NCBI GenBank assembly: GCA_044462445.1 | Contig: JBIQNJ010000004.1 | Location: 6,500 to 70,499 of the forward strand | Length of the DNA: 64,000 bases | Direction: 5' to 3' | DNA from: Truepera radiovictrix | GTDB lineage: Bacteria; Deinococcota; Deinococci; Deinococcales; Trueperaceae | In this document: positions 40,041 to 49,543 of the stretch, piece after piece | How the letters are laid out: every line of letters starts with the position of its first letter | How positions within the stretch are numbered: the stretch's first letter is position 1 | Position numbers and translations under genes: made by a program | Notes under the pieces: generated by a model | Seen by the model: the letters and a program-made list of their open reading frames with translations, nothing else | Told to the model about the DNA's origin: nothing | Database searches by the model: none

Positions 40041-41393
40041 GTGGAGCGCCGGTCGGCCGCGCTGGTCAGGGCTTCCCGGGTGTCGCTCACCTGGCGCGTT
40101 GCCCTGCTCACTGCGGCCGCCGTGGCGCTGCTGGGCGGCCTGACCATGCTCATCGCCTACGAGGTGGTGCGCTCGGGGCTGTACGAGGAGCTCAGGCGCA
40201 CCATCAAGCAGGACGCCGCCACCGTGGCGGCGCTGTACTCCTCCGGTGAGGGCAGCGCGTCGTCGGGCTTGACCGGCCCTACCGGTGGCGTCGTGCTGCA
40301 GATCTACGACGTGGGCGGCCGCCTGCTGGCCGCCAGCGACCCGCAGTACGAGGGCCCCAGCGCCGCGTTGCCCGCTGCGGACGTGGTGGGCGCCGCCCTG
40401 GTGCCGTTGTCGTGGAACGGGCAGGTGGCGGGGCGGCAGATGGAGGCCGCGCTGGCGCCGTTCGAGCTGGGGGTCGTGGCCGTGCTCATCGACCCCTCTT
40501 ACATCGGTCCTGTGTTGAACGAGGTCTCTCGCACGATGTTCCTGGCGGGGCTGCTGGTGGTGGTGCTCAGCCTGTTCGTGGGCTACGCGGTGGCGGCGGC
40601 CGCGCTCAGGCCCATCGCCCGCCTGGCGCGGCTGGCGGCCACGTTGGGGCCCGACGACCTGGAACCCATCCGCTACAAGGGACCGCTCGACGAGGTGGGC
40701 CGCCTGACGTTCGCGCTCAACGGCCTGCTGGGCCGCCTGCGCGAGGCGCTCGACGCGCAGCGCGTGTTCCTGGCTGAGACGAGCCACGAGCTGAGGACGC
40801 CGCTCACCAGCCTCCGGGGCTTCCTGGACCGCGCAGTGCGGCGCGCCAGCCCCGAGCACCGCGACGACCTCTTGGACGCGCAGCGCGTGTCGGGCACCAT
40901 GGCCCGCCTGGTGGAGGACCTGCTGCAACTGTCGCGGGGGCAGCTGGTGGTGGATAAGGGCCTGCACCTGGTGGACCTGGGGCTGGACGTGCTGCGGCCC
41001 GTTGCCGACGAGTTCCCCGGTGTGCGCGTTGAGGCCGAGGGCGGCGTGCTGGTGCTGGGCGACCCGGACCGCCTCAACCAGGCCGTGCGTAACCTGACCG
41101 CGAACGCTGTGCGGGCCGCCGGTCGCCCGGGGGGCGTTCTCCTGCGCCTGGAAGAGCGCCCCGGCGAGGCCGTGATGACTGTCGAGGACGATGGCGGGGG
41201 CATCGCTGAAGAGATGTTGCCGCATATCTTCGAGAAGTTCTACAAGGGTGCCGGCGGCGGCTCAGGGCTGGGCCTGGCCATAGCCAAGCAGATCGTGGAC
41301 CACCACCACGGGCTCGTATCGGTGGAGAGCAGGCCCGGTCGGACCGTCTTCCAGATACTGCTGCCGCTCATCGAGGCGGTCGACGAGGAGTAG
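40041..41393 (+). CDS. Sensor histidine kinase (2 TM helices, HAMP, HisKA, HATPase_c)
   Basis: 450 aa. H-box ETSHELRTPLTSLRG, N-box NLTANAVRA, and G-boxes VEDDGGGI and GGGSGLGLAIAKQIV. Confidence 0.88.
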   Translation: MERRSAALVRASRVSLTWRVALLTAAAVALLGGLTMLIAYEVVRSGLYEELRRTIKQDAATVAALYSSGEGSASSGLTGPTGGVVLQIYDVGGRLLAASDPQYEGPSAALPAADVVGAALVPLSWNGQVAGRQMEAALAPFELGVVAVLIDPSYIGPVLNEVSRTMFLAGLLVVVLSLFVGYAVAAAALRPIARLARLAATLGPDDLEPIRYKGPLDEVGRLTFALNGLLGRLREALDAQRVFLAETSHELRTPLTSLRGFLDRAVRRASPEHRDDLLDAQRVSGTMARLVEDLLQLSRGQLVVDKGLHLVDLGLDVLRPVADEFPGVRVEAEGGVLVLGDPDRLNQAVRNLTANAVRAAGRPGGVLLRLEERPGEAVMTVEDDGGGIAEEMLPHIFEKFYKGAGGGSGLGLAIAKQIVDHHHGLVSVESRPGRTVFQILLPLIEAVDEE

Positions 41394-41433
41394 CGCCTGG
41401 CCGGGCGCTGCGTTGGCGCTCCGAGTGACGAAC

Positions 41434-41462
41434 AGCCGCTGCCGCTTGCTGGGGCAGCGGTT
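41434..41462. terminator. Hairpin between the convergent kinase and dcd genes
   Basis: AGCCGCTGCC / GGCAGCGGTT, a 10-bp stem (one G-U pair) with a 9-nt loop. The 3' arm overlaps the dcd stop codon. Confidence 0.4.
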
Positions 41463-42009
41463 AGAGCCGCGGCAGCGTCACGCCCTTCTGGCCCTGGTAC
41501 TTGCCCTTGCGGTCGGCGTAAGTGGTCTCTGGCCTCTCGCCCTGGAAGAACAGCAGCTGCACTATGCCCTCGTTGGCGTATACCTTGGCTGGTAGCGGCG
41601 TGGTATTACTTAGTTCCAGCGTAACATGGCCTTCCCAACCCGGCTCCAATGGGGTTACATTTGCTACTATGCCGCAACGTGCATACGAACTTTTTCCTAG
41701 TGCAACCACCATAGTATCATCGGGAATACGTAAGTACTCTACAGAACGCGTAAGCACGAAGCTGTTCGGGGGGATGATGCACGTGTCGCCATCGAACTCC
41801 ACCAGGCTGCGGGTGTCGAACTCCTTCGGGTCTACGACCGTGTTGAAGGCGTTCACGAAGATGCGCCATTCGGGGGCGGCGCGCAGGTCGTAGCCGAAGC
41901 TCGAGAGGCCGTAGCTGATGACGCCTTCGCGCACCAGCGCCTCTTCGAAGGGAGTGATCATGCCTTCTCGGGCGCGCTCGCGGATCCACCAGTCGGGTTT
42001 GATGCTCAT
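41461..42009 (-). CDS. dcd: dCTP deaminase
   Basis: ORF 41461..42084, trimmed to ATG 42009 ([13 protein letters not shown]...). [13 protein letters not shown] and [31 protein letters not shown]. Confidence 0.9.
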   Translation of the reverse strand: MSIKPDWWIRERAREGMITPFEEALVREGVISYGLSSFGYDLRAAPEWRIFVNAFNTVVDPKEFDTRSLVEFDGDTCIIPPNSFVLTRSVEYLRIPDDTMVVALGKSSYARCGIVANVTPLEPGWEGHVTLELSNTTPLPAKVYANEGIVQLLFFQGERPETTYADRKGKYQGQKGVTLPRL

Positions 42010-42232
42010 GATGCCAGAGTCTAACAACGACCCCGCTTCGCGGCCGCGCCATCCCGGAGCCCCGTCTGCCGCCGTGACCGGCAACGGCGGCAGGCCTTGG
42101 GCGGCGCCAAGCCGCAGGCGGGCGGGCGTCGGCCAGCGGCGCGGTGGCCATGGAACCGCTGAACCAAGCCGCAGGTGCGTCAGCAGTGGAGCGGTTGCCC
42201 TCGCGATATAAGAGTGATATCATTCCAACATC

Positions 42233-43180
42233 ATGACCAACGACCAAGAGGTTCAACCCATCATGCAGAACTTCAACAAGGACCTGGCCGAACGCGTTCA
42301 GGAGAAGCCGGTTACCGCCACCAACGGCTTCTTCATGCTGTTCCTGGGGCTCATCGGGTTGGTGGTTGCCATCTTCCTCTTCATCTACGGCGTGGGCCCG
42401 GAAGACGGCGACGGACCGCGCAGCCTGGTGCTGCTTCTGAGCGGGGTGTTCCTGTTCATCGCCTCGATGCTCACGCTAACCGGCCTCTTCCCGGTGCAGC
42501 CCAACGAGGCCCGCGTGCTCATACTCTTCGGCAGCTACATCGGCAGCCAGCGCAAGTCGGGCTTCTGGTGGGCCAACCCGTTCGCCACCAAGAAGCGTGT
42601 CAGCCTGCGCGTGCGCAACTTCAACTCCGAGCGCGTGAAGGTGAACGACGCCGACGGCAACCCGGTCGAGATAGCCGCCGTGGTGGTGTGGCGCGTCAGC
42701 GAGTCCGCCAAGGCCATCTTCGACGTCGATAACTTCGAGGAGTTCGTGGGCATCCAGGCCGAGACGGCGCTGCGCAGCCTCGCCACCCGCTATCCGTACG
42801 ACTCGGGCGGCGAGGAGCGCGCCAGCCTGCGGGAGAACCCCGACGAGCTGGCCGCCGCGCTCAAGGTAGAGCTGGAGGAGCGGCTGGAGGTGGCGGGGGT
42901 GGACGTGCTGGAAGCGCGCCTCACCCACCTGGCCTATGCCCCCGAGATCGCCCAGGCCATGCTGAGGCGCCAGCAGGCGCAGGCCGTCGTGTCGGCCCGC
43001 CGCCTGATCGTCGAGGCCGCCGTCGGCATGGTCGAAGACGCGCTCAACGGCCTCTCCCAGCGCGGCGTCGTCGACCTGGACGATGAGAAGCGCGCCGCCA
43101 TGGCCAACAACCTCATGGTGGCCCTCACCAGCGAGCACGCAGCCACCCCCGTCATCAACGCCGGCACCCTGCACGGCTGA
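42233..43180 (+). CDS. SPFH/band-7 (stomatin/prohibitin-like) membrane protein
   Basis: 315 aa. Two N-terminal TM helices, then VQPNEARVLILFGSYIGSQRKSGFWWANPF...VKVNDADGNPVEIAAVVVWRV and a coiled-coil C-terminus. Confidence 0.8.
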   Translation: MTNDQEVQPIMQNFNKDLAERVQEKPVTATNGFFMLFLGLIGLVVAIFLFIYGVGPEDGDGPRSLVLLLSGVFLFIASMLTLTGLFPVQPNEARVLILFGSYIGSQRKSGFWWANPFATKKRVSLRVRNFNSERVKVNDADGNPVEIAAVVVWRVSESAKAIFDVDNFEEFVGIQAETALRSLATRYPYDSGGEERASLRENPDELAAALKVELEERLEVAGVDVLEARLTHLAYAPEIAQAMLRRQQAQAVVSARRLIVEAAVGMVEDALNGLSQRGVVDLDDEKRAAMANNLMVALTSEHAATPVINAGTLHG

Positions 43181-43242
43181 ACCCGGCTTACGAGCGCAGC
43201 CGGCACCCCGTGCCGGCTGCCTCAAGGATCTGGAGCGAGATA

Positions 43243-45030
43243 GTGAACGTCAACCGCAAGAGACTCAGCCTGGCCGTGTTGGTGGCGCTTTGCGTGGCTG
43301 TCGCCACGGCCCTGGCCGACGCGCAAAGCACGCCCACCTACACCTACGACATCACCCAGTTCGGCCAGAGCGTTGGTCTTACCACCATGACCCTCGAGCG
43401 CTCGCCCGAGGGCACCACCGCCCGCTCCACCGTCAGTGTCGGTGGTCTGTTCCAGGCCGAGAACCTGCTCGTGACCGGCCCGGACGGGGCGGCGCTGACC
43501 TACGAGCTTAACGGTACGGCGCAGGGCGCACCTTTCGAGCTGAACGCCGTGTTCAGCGAGGGCATGGCGGAGCTCACTTTCAGCCAGGGCGGCACCACGC
43601 AGAGCGCGGCGCTGGGAGCGAGCGAGCCTTACTACGTGTTCGACAACAACTTCCTGGAAGGGTTCCAGATCGCTGCAGACCAGGTCATGGCCACGGGCCA
43701 GGGACGGGTGTTCCTGGGCCTCGTGCCGCAGACCGCCGCCGAGGCTACGCTCACCTTCGGTGCGCCGCAACCTTCGCAGGTCGAGTTAGAGGGCGAGACG
43801 GTTACCGCCACGCTCATAAGCGTCGAGTTCGCGGTCGGCGGGCAGCAGTTGGTCATGGCCATCATGCTCGACGCCGCCGGCGACATCCTGATGCTCGAGC
43901 AGCAGCCCGGCATGGTGCGCTTCGTGAGACGCCCCGTGGAGGGGGCCGACGCCGAGCCTAACGATGCTCCGGGCGGTGACGACGTACCCTTGGGCGACAA
44001 GGTCGAGGGCGTGGGCGAGCCGGTTGAGGCACCCGCCGCCAGCGCCCAGCGCGCGCTGCAGGCCGCCGCCCACTGCGTGGCCGAGCGCGAGGTCACGGTG
44101 CACTCTACCGGCGAGACCCTCTACGGCCGGCTGACCCTGCCGGTGGCTGCCACGCTCGAGGGTGGGGTGCCTGCCCCGACACTCCTGCTGCTGCCCGGCT
44201 CAGGCGCCGTCGACGTCGACGGCAACGCGCTCCCCTTCATCACGCATCAGGGTTACAGGCAGCTGGCCTTCGAGCTCGCGTGCCACGGCTACGGCGTGTT
44301 GCGCGTGGCCAAGCTCGGCATCTCGCCCTCGACCGGCGACGGCAACGCCGTGACCCTGCAGACGTACGCCCAGAACACGGCCGACTGGTTGGCGCTTCTC
44401 GCCGCCGAGCCCGGCGTGGACCCGGACCGCCTCGGCATCATGGGCCATTCCGAGGGCGGGTTGATAGCCCTTTACGCCACCGCCGAGGCCTACGTACGGC
44501 CTGCGGTGGTCGTACTGGCGGCGGCGCCCGGCAGACCGTTCGACGTGCTCCTGCGGGAGCAGCTGCTAGCCAGCTTCGAGCGGTCCGGGCCGAACGACGA
44601 GGACCTGCAGGCGTGGGCCGCTATGACCGATCAGGCGCTAGACGCCATACGGGCGTCGGATGGAACGGCGCTAGAGCTGACGGGCGCCCTGAGTTCAAAC
44701 CCCATCGCCGCCTCCTTCGCCCATGCGGCCGGCCTGCTTCGCAGCGAGTTCGAGCAGGACCCGGTGCTGCTGGCGGCGCGCCTCAGCGTGCCGACGCTGG
44801 TGTTACAGGGGCTGAAGGACGTGCAGGTGCTGCAGGTAGACGGCCGCAACCTGGCCGCAGCGCTGCCGAGCGGCACCCTGCTGGAGTTCAGCGACCTCTC
44901 GCATAACCTCACCCACGTTCCCGGCCCTGCGCTTACCGGCATGGTCCCCGAGCCGGACGCGCCCCTGTCGGGCACGTTCGTGCAGGCGCTGGCAACCTGG
45001 CTCAACGGGCACCTGCGCACGGCACGCTGA
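43243..45030 (+). CDS. Secreted two-domain protein: unknown N-terminal domain plus a C-terminal alpha/beta hydrolase
   Basis: ORF 43210..45030, trimmed to GTG 43243 (GGAG 7 nt upstream). Signal peptide VNVNRKRLSLAVLVALCVAVATALADAQ and nucleophile elbow GIMGHSEGGLIA. Confidence 0.7.
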   Translation: MNVNRKRLSLAVLVALCVAVATALADAQSTPTYTYDITQFGQSVGLTTMTLERSPEGTTARSTVSVGGLFQAENLLVTGPDGAALTYELNGTAQGAPFELNAVFSEGMAELTFSQGGTTQSAALGASEPYYVFDNNFLEGFQIAADQVMATGQGRVFLGLVPQTAAEATLTFGAPQPSQVELEGETVTATLISVEFAVGGQQLVMAIMLDAAGDILMLEQQPGMVRFVRRPVEGADAEPNDAPGGDDVPLGDKVEGVGEPVEAPAASAQRALQAAAHCVAEREVTVHSTGETLYGRLTLPVAATLEGGVPAPTLLLLPGSGAVDVDGNALPFITHQGYRQLAFELACHGYGVLRVAKLGISPSTGDGNAVTLQTYAQNTADWLALLAAEPGVDPDRLGIMGHSEGGLIALYATAEAYVRPAVVVLAAAPGRPFDVLLREQLLASFERSGPNDEDLQAWAAMTDQALDAIRASDGTALELTGALSSNPIAASFAHAAGLLRSEFEQDPVLLAARLSVPTLVLQGLKDVQVLQVDGRNLAAALPSGTLLEFSDLSHNLTHVPGPALTGMVPEPDAPLSGTFVQALATWLNGHLRTAR

Positions 45031-45064
45031 GCGCGGCCAGCGGCGCGAGAGTCCGGTGATCTGA

Positions 45065-45286
45065 ATGGCGGTCAAGAAAAGGTTCCTGTTGCGCGTCGAC
45101 CAAGCGGTCTACGACGCCTTCGAGAAGTGGGCCGCCGACGAGCTGCGCAGCGTTAACGGGCAGATGGAGTTCGTGCTGGCGGAGGCGCTCAAGAAGGCCG
45201 GCAGGTACAGGAAGCCGGCGGGTTCGCCTCCGCCGGCTTCCGACGAAGCCGGCCAGGCGCCGGACGACGAGGGTGACCCCGACTGA
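45065..45286 (+). CDS. Arc/MetJ-type ribbon-helix-helix DNA-binding protein with an acidic, Pro-rich tail
   Basis: 73 aa. KKRFLLRVDQAVYDAFEKWAADELRSVNGQMEFVLAEALKKAG fits the strand-helix-helix pattern of Arc-family proteins. High GC3. Confidence 0.6.
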   Translation: MAVKKRFLLRVDQAVYDAFEKWAADELRSVNGQMEFVLAEALKKAGRYRKPAGSPPPASDEAGQAPDDEGDPD

Positions 45287-46342
45287 TCAGCGCCGGCCGT
45301 CGTTGCGCAGGAACACCACCACATCGCGCTCGTGCGCTGCGAGGTTCGTGTTCGGCCTGAACACCGGCACGCCGGCGTCTGTGCCGTGCAGGAAGTACAG
45401 CCACGGCACGCCGCTCTCGTTGAGTCGCTCAGGCTCGAGCACGGCGTGAAGCGCGTGGTGACCAGGGTTGGAGATCGGGGTGGCGGGCAGGCCGGGCCGC
45501 GTATAGGTGTTCCAGGGGGTGTCGCGCCTGAGGTCGCCCGCCAGCGCGCTCAGCTCCGGCAGGGGCTTACCCAGCCCGTACGCCACGGTCGGGTCTGACT
45601 GGAGCAGCATGTCCTCGTCCAACCGGTTGAGGAAGACGCCCGCGATGATAGGCATCTCCTCGTGAGAGGCCGCCTCGGACTGCACGATGCTGGCCAGGGT
45701 GACCCACTCGTGAACCGTCAGCGAACGCTCCACCAGCGCGTCGGCCACCTCCCCCGTGATCTCGCTCTCGAAGCGGCGCACCATCGTGGCCAGCACCTCC
45801 CGCGCGGAGGAGTTGACCGGCACCTCGTACGTGGCGGGGAAGAGGTAGCCCTCCAGGTTGGCGCCTTCCGGCAGGTAGGCCGGCGCCAGGTCGCCCGGGC
45901 TCGTTATGAGAGCTTCCAGCTCCTCTTCGTCTCCGAAGCCGTTGGCCGCCAGGCGGCGCACCACGTCGGCGGCGCGCCACCCTTCGGGCACGACGATGCT
46001 CACCGTTCGTGGCCGGCCGCCGGCTGCCAAGGCGGCCGCCACGTCGCCGCTGCTCATGGCCGGGCTGAGGTCGTAGAGACCCTCACCCAGGTTGCGGTCC
46101 TGCTTGGTCACCTGCAGGTAGACGCGGAACGCGAGGGCGGAGCGCACCAGACCCTCGTCGGCCAGCTCCTGTGCCACGCGCGCGCCGCCCCAGCCGGGCA
46201 GCACCTCGAACTCCGTCACGCTCGGAGTGGCGCTCGGCGCGCTCAGCAGGAACTGCACCGTTACGAAGAGAGCCGCGACCAGCGTCAGAACGAGCACCAG
46301 CGCGGTGGCCACGCGCCGGCCGCGCTTGTCAGCGACGCTCAA
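45287..46342 (-). CDS. mltG: Endolytic murein transglycosylase MltG (YceG family)
   Basis: 351 aa. N-terminal TM helix, LASIVQSEAAS, IIAGVFLNRL, LQSDPTVAYG and WNTYTRPGLPATPISNPG. Confidence 0.88.
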   Translation of the reverse strand: MSVADKRGRRVATALVLVLTLVAALFVTVQFLLSAPSATPSVTEFEVLPGWGGARVAQELADEGLVRSALAFRVYLQVTKQDRNLGEGLYDLSPAMSSGDVAAALAAGGRPRTVSIVVPEGWRAADVVRRLAANGFGDEEELEALITSPGDLAPAYLPEGANLEGYLFPATYEVPVNSSAREVLATMVRRFESEITGEVADALVERSLTVHEWVTLASIVQSEAASHEEMPIIAGVFLNRLDEDMLLQSDPTVAYGLGKPLPELSALAGDLRRDTPWNTYTRPGLPATPISNPGHHALHAVLEPERLNESGVPWLYFLHGTDAGVPVFRPNTNLAAHERDVVVFLRNDGRR

Positions 46343-46784
46343 GGAAAGACTCCAGTATCAGCACGGCGGCGGCTTCGTCCAGCAGGCCCTTCTCCTGGCG
46401 CTTCTGGCGCGGGAGAGCCGACGACCCGACCTCGCGCTGAGCGATGCGGGTGGTGAGACGTTCGTCTTCCAGGACCACGGTGATGCCACCCTCGGCCGCA
46501 GCCGCCCGCAGCGCCTCTGCGAACGTGCGCACGCGTGCGGTCTGGGGCGACTCGTTGCCGTCGAGCCGCAGCGGCAGGCCCACCACGATGAGCCCCGCTC
46601 CCTCGCGCTGCGCCACATCGAGCACCGCCGGTACGTCGCGGCGCGTGCCGGAACGCTGCAGGGCGCCACGGCCGAACGCGAAACTCGAGCCCACCTGACC
46701 CACCGCCAGACCGATGCGAGCGTCTCCCACGTCTAGTGCGAGAACACGGGCGCCGCTGGCGAGCTCGTCAGTGGCCGGCATCAA
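46329..46784 (-). CDS. ruvX: Putative pre-16S rRNA nuclease / Holliday junction resolvase-like RuvX (YqgF)
   Basis: 151 aa. VLALDVGDARIGLAV, LIVVGLPLRLDG, and DERLTT. Confidence 0.88.
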   Translation of the reverse strand: MMPATDELASGARVLALDVGDARIGLAVGQVGSSFAFGRGALQRSGTRRDVPAVLDVAQREGAGLIVVGLPLRLDGNESPQTARVRTFAEALRAAAAEGGITVVLEDERLTTRIAQREVGSSALPRQKRQEKGLLDEAAAVLILESFLERR

Positions 46785-49474
46785 CTGCTTGCGACTCCCT
46801 CCAGGGCGCCCTCGACGGCCGCGAGCGCGCGCCGCAGGCCGTTCTCGTCCTTGACGCCGGCCTGGGCCATGTCGGGTCGGCCGCCGCCGCCACCGCCGCC
46901 GGCAGCAGCGGCGGCGCGCACGAGGTTACCCGCATGGGCCCCCCGCTGGCGCGCGGCCTCTGAGGTCTTGGCCACGAGCAGCGTGCCCGAGCCCACCACC
47001 ACCACGTCTGCCCCCGTCTTGCCCAGGAGGTTGTCGGCGGCGTTGCGGAGGGCGGCGGCGTCCAGCCCGTCGAGCAGCACGGTGGTGTACTTGAGCCCGC
47101 CCGCCTGCCTGACCTCTGAGGCGGCGGCGCCGCCGGCGGTCTGAGCGGCGGCCAGCTTGTCGCGCAGCTGCGCCGCCTGCTTCTGAGACTCCTTCAGGTC
47201 GCCTTGCAGCTTGGTTAGGCGCTCCTCGAGCGTGGCCGCGGTGCCGCCCAGGTGGCTGACCAGCCGGCGCTGGCTGGCGCGCAGCTCCTGCACATACTCA
47301 AGGGCGGCCGCGCCGACCAGCGCCTCGATACGCCTGACGCCGGCCGATACGGCCTCCTCGGTGGCGACGATGAGCGTGCCGATCTCGCCCGTGCGGCTCA
47401 CGTGGGTGCCGCCGCAGAGCTCGGTGGACACGGCCTGGGCGCCTTCGGCGCCTCCGACCTTGACCATGCGCACGTTCTCGCCGTACTTCTCGCCGAACAG
47501 CATCATGGCGCCGGCCGCACGCGCCTCTGCTATCGGCACCACCTGCCAGGTGACCGGCAGGTCGGCCAGTACCCAACGGTTCACGAGACGTTCTACCTGG
47601 GCCACCTGCTCCTCGGTGAGGGCGGCCTGATGTGTGAAGTCGAAGCGCAGCCTGCCCGGTTCCACCAGCGAGCCGGCCTGGGTGACGTGGGTGCCCAGCA
47701 CCTGGCGCAGGGCGGCGTGCAGGAGGTGCGTGGCCGTGTGATGCTTCTCGGTCTGACGCCTCACCGGATCGACCGTGGCGGTCAAGGCTCTGCCGACGTT
47801 GAGGGGCCCGCGCACCACGCGCACCCGGTGCACGAACAGGCCCTGCGGCGTGCGGCTGGTACCGCTGACCACGGCGCCGCCGTTCGGCCAGTCCAGCTTG
47901 CCGCTGTCGCCGATCTGGCCGCCGCCCTCGGCGTAGAAGGGGGTGCGGTCGAGGATGACGGTGCCGTGGGCGCCGTCCGCGAGCTCGGGCACTTCCTCGC
48001 CACCCGCGTTGATGAGCGCCAGCACCGTGGCCTGGTCGGCGAGGGAGGAGTAGCCGAGGAACTGCGTCTCCGGCACGCGCTCGGTCAGCTGACCCAGTAC
48101 GCCGTCGGCGTTGGTGAACACCGCCTTGGAGCCTTCGCCGCGGGAGAGCTTGCGGGCCTCGTCGCGGGCCGCGTTGTAGCCTTCCCGGTCGACCGTGATG
48201 CCGCGTTCGGCGGCCATCTCGGTGGTGAGGTCGAGCGGGAAGCCGTAGGTCTGCCACAGGTCGAACGCCACCTCGCCACTGAGAACGCCGCCGGCGCCCA
48301 GGTCGGCCAGCAGGGCGCCCACGCGCTCGATGCCGCTGCCCAGGGTGCGCAGGAACTGCTCCTCCTCCGCCTTGATGCTGGCCTGCACGCGCTCCTTGGC
48401 CTCGAGCAGGGACGGGTAGGGTTGCTGCATGGCGTCGATGACGGCGCCGGCCAACTGGTACAGAACGGGCTCCGTGAGGCCGAGCAGGAAGGCCTGCCGG
48501 GAAGCGCGGCGGATGAGCATCTTGATGACGTAACCGGCGCCGTCGTTGGCGGGCGGCACGCCGTCGGTGATGGCGAAGGTGACGGCGCGCACGTGGTCGG
48601 CGATGATGCGGTGCTGCACGCTCTCGATGTCGTTGTAGGGCACGCCCGACAGCTTCTCGACCTGCCGGATGACGGGCATGAACAGGCCGGTGGAGTAAGC
48701 GTCCTTGGCGCCCGTGACCACCGTGGCCAGGCGCTCGAGGCCCATGCCCGTGTCGATGTTCTGCTGTGGCAGGGGTGTCAGCACCCCGTCGTTGAGGTCG
48801 AACTGCGTGAAGACCAGGTTCCAGATCTCCATGAAGCGGTCGCCGCTGCCGGTGTTCGGGCCCGTCTCGTCGTGAGAGCCGAACTCGGGGCCGCGGTCGT
48901 AGAAGATCTCGGAGCACGGGCCGCAGGGGCCCTGACGGTCGTCCTTGATGGCGTTGGCGGGCCAGAAGTTCTGGTCCTCGCCGAAGCGGCTTAGGCGCTC
49001 GGCGGGCACGCCCACCTCGTTCAGCCAGATGTCGTAGGCCTCGTCGTCGTCGGTGAACACGGTGACGTACAGGCGCTCGGGGTCGAGCCCCAGCCACTCC
49101 TTGGAGGTCAGGAACTCCCACGCCCACTGCGCGGCCTCGCGCTTGAAGTAGTCGCCGAACGAGAAGTTGCCGAGCATCTCGAAGAACGTGTGGTGCCTGC
49201 GGGTGCGGCCGACGTTCTCGATGTCGGAGTCCTTGCCACCTGCGCGCATGCACTTCTGCGAGGTGGCCACGCGGCGCCAGACGCCGTAGCCGGGGAAGCG
49301 CGGGGTGGCGCCCTGGAAGTAGGGCTTGAACTGCTGCATGCCCGCCACGTTGAAGAGCAGGCCGGGGTCGGTGCTCTTGAGCGATGCGCTGGGGTAGGCG
49401 AGATGCTCTTTGCCCTCGAAGAACCTGAGGAACTTCGAGCGTAGTTCGTTTACCTGTTCACTGCCGTCTGCCAC
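46781..49474 (-). CDS. alaS: Alanine--tRNA ligase
   Basis: The track ORF (1205 aa) is over-extended. The real N-terminus is ...SEQVNELRSKFLRFFEGKEHLAYPSASL. I chose GTG 49474, 8 nt after GGAGG; ATG 49489 is the alternative. FFEMLGNFSFGDYFK, editing-domain HTATHLLHAALR, and C-terminal GGGGGGGRPDMAQAG. Confidence 0.93.
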   Translation of the reverse strand: MADGSEQVNELRSKFLRFFEGKEHLAYPSASLKSTDPGLLFNVAGMQQFKPYFQGATPRFPGYGVWRRVATSQKCMRAGGKDSDIENVGRTRRHHTFFEMLGNFSFGDYFKREAAQWAWEFLTSKEWLGLDPERLYVTVFTDDDEAYDIWLNEVGVPAERLSRFGEDQNFWPANAIKDDRQGPCGPCSEIFYDRGPEFGSHDETGPNTGSGDRFMEIWNLVFTQFDLNDGVLTPLPQQNIDTGMGLERLATVVTGAKDAYSTGLFMPVIRQVEKLSGVPYNDIESVQHRIIADHVRAVTFAITDGVPPANDGAGYVIKMLIRRASRQAFLLGLTEPVLYQLAGAVIDAMQQPYPSLLEAKERVQASIKAEEEQFLRTLGSGIERVGALLADLGAGGVLSGEVAFDLWQTYGFPLDLTTEMAAERGITVDREGYNAARDEARKLSRGEGSKAVFTNADGVLGQLTERVPETQFLGYSSLADQATVLALINAGGEEVPELADGAHGTVILDRTPFYAEGGGQIGDSGKLDWPNGGAVVSGTSRTPQGLFVHRVRVVRGPLNVGRALTATVDPVRRQTEKHHTATHLLHAALRQVLGTHVTQAGSLVEPGRLRFDFTHQAALTEEQVAQVERLVNRWVLADLPVTWQVVPIAEARAAGAMMLFGEKYGENVRMVKVGGAEGAQAVSTELCGGTHVSRTGEIGTLIVATEEAVSAGVRRIEALVGAAALEYVQELRASQRRLVSHLGGTAATLEERLTKLQGDLKESQKQAAQLRDKLAAAQTAGGAAASEVRQAGGLKYTTVLLDGLDAAALRNAADNLLGKTGADVVVVGSGTLLVAKTSEAARQRGAHAGNLVRAAAAAGGGGGGGRPDMAQAGVKDENGLRRALAAVEGALEGVASS

Positions 49475-49543
49475 TTCTAGCGCCTCCATAAGTTGCCAGA
49501 GGAAGAGTATACAAGCCTCGCCGGCGCGGTATCTTTCTGGGGC

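Noticed and set aside
42150-42236. 28-codon upstream ORF ([28 protein letters not shown]) ending in an ATGA overlap with the SPFH start.
   Set aside because: It has no SD, mixed codon usage and is very short. An ATGA overlap arises by chance in one of three frames. It is more likely just 5' UTR containing a small AACCGCT/AGCGGTT hairpin.
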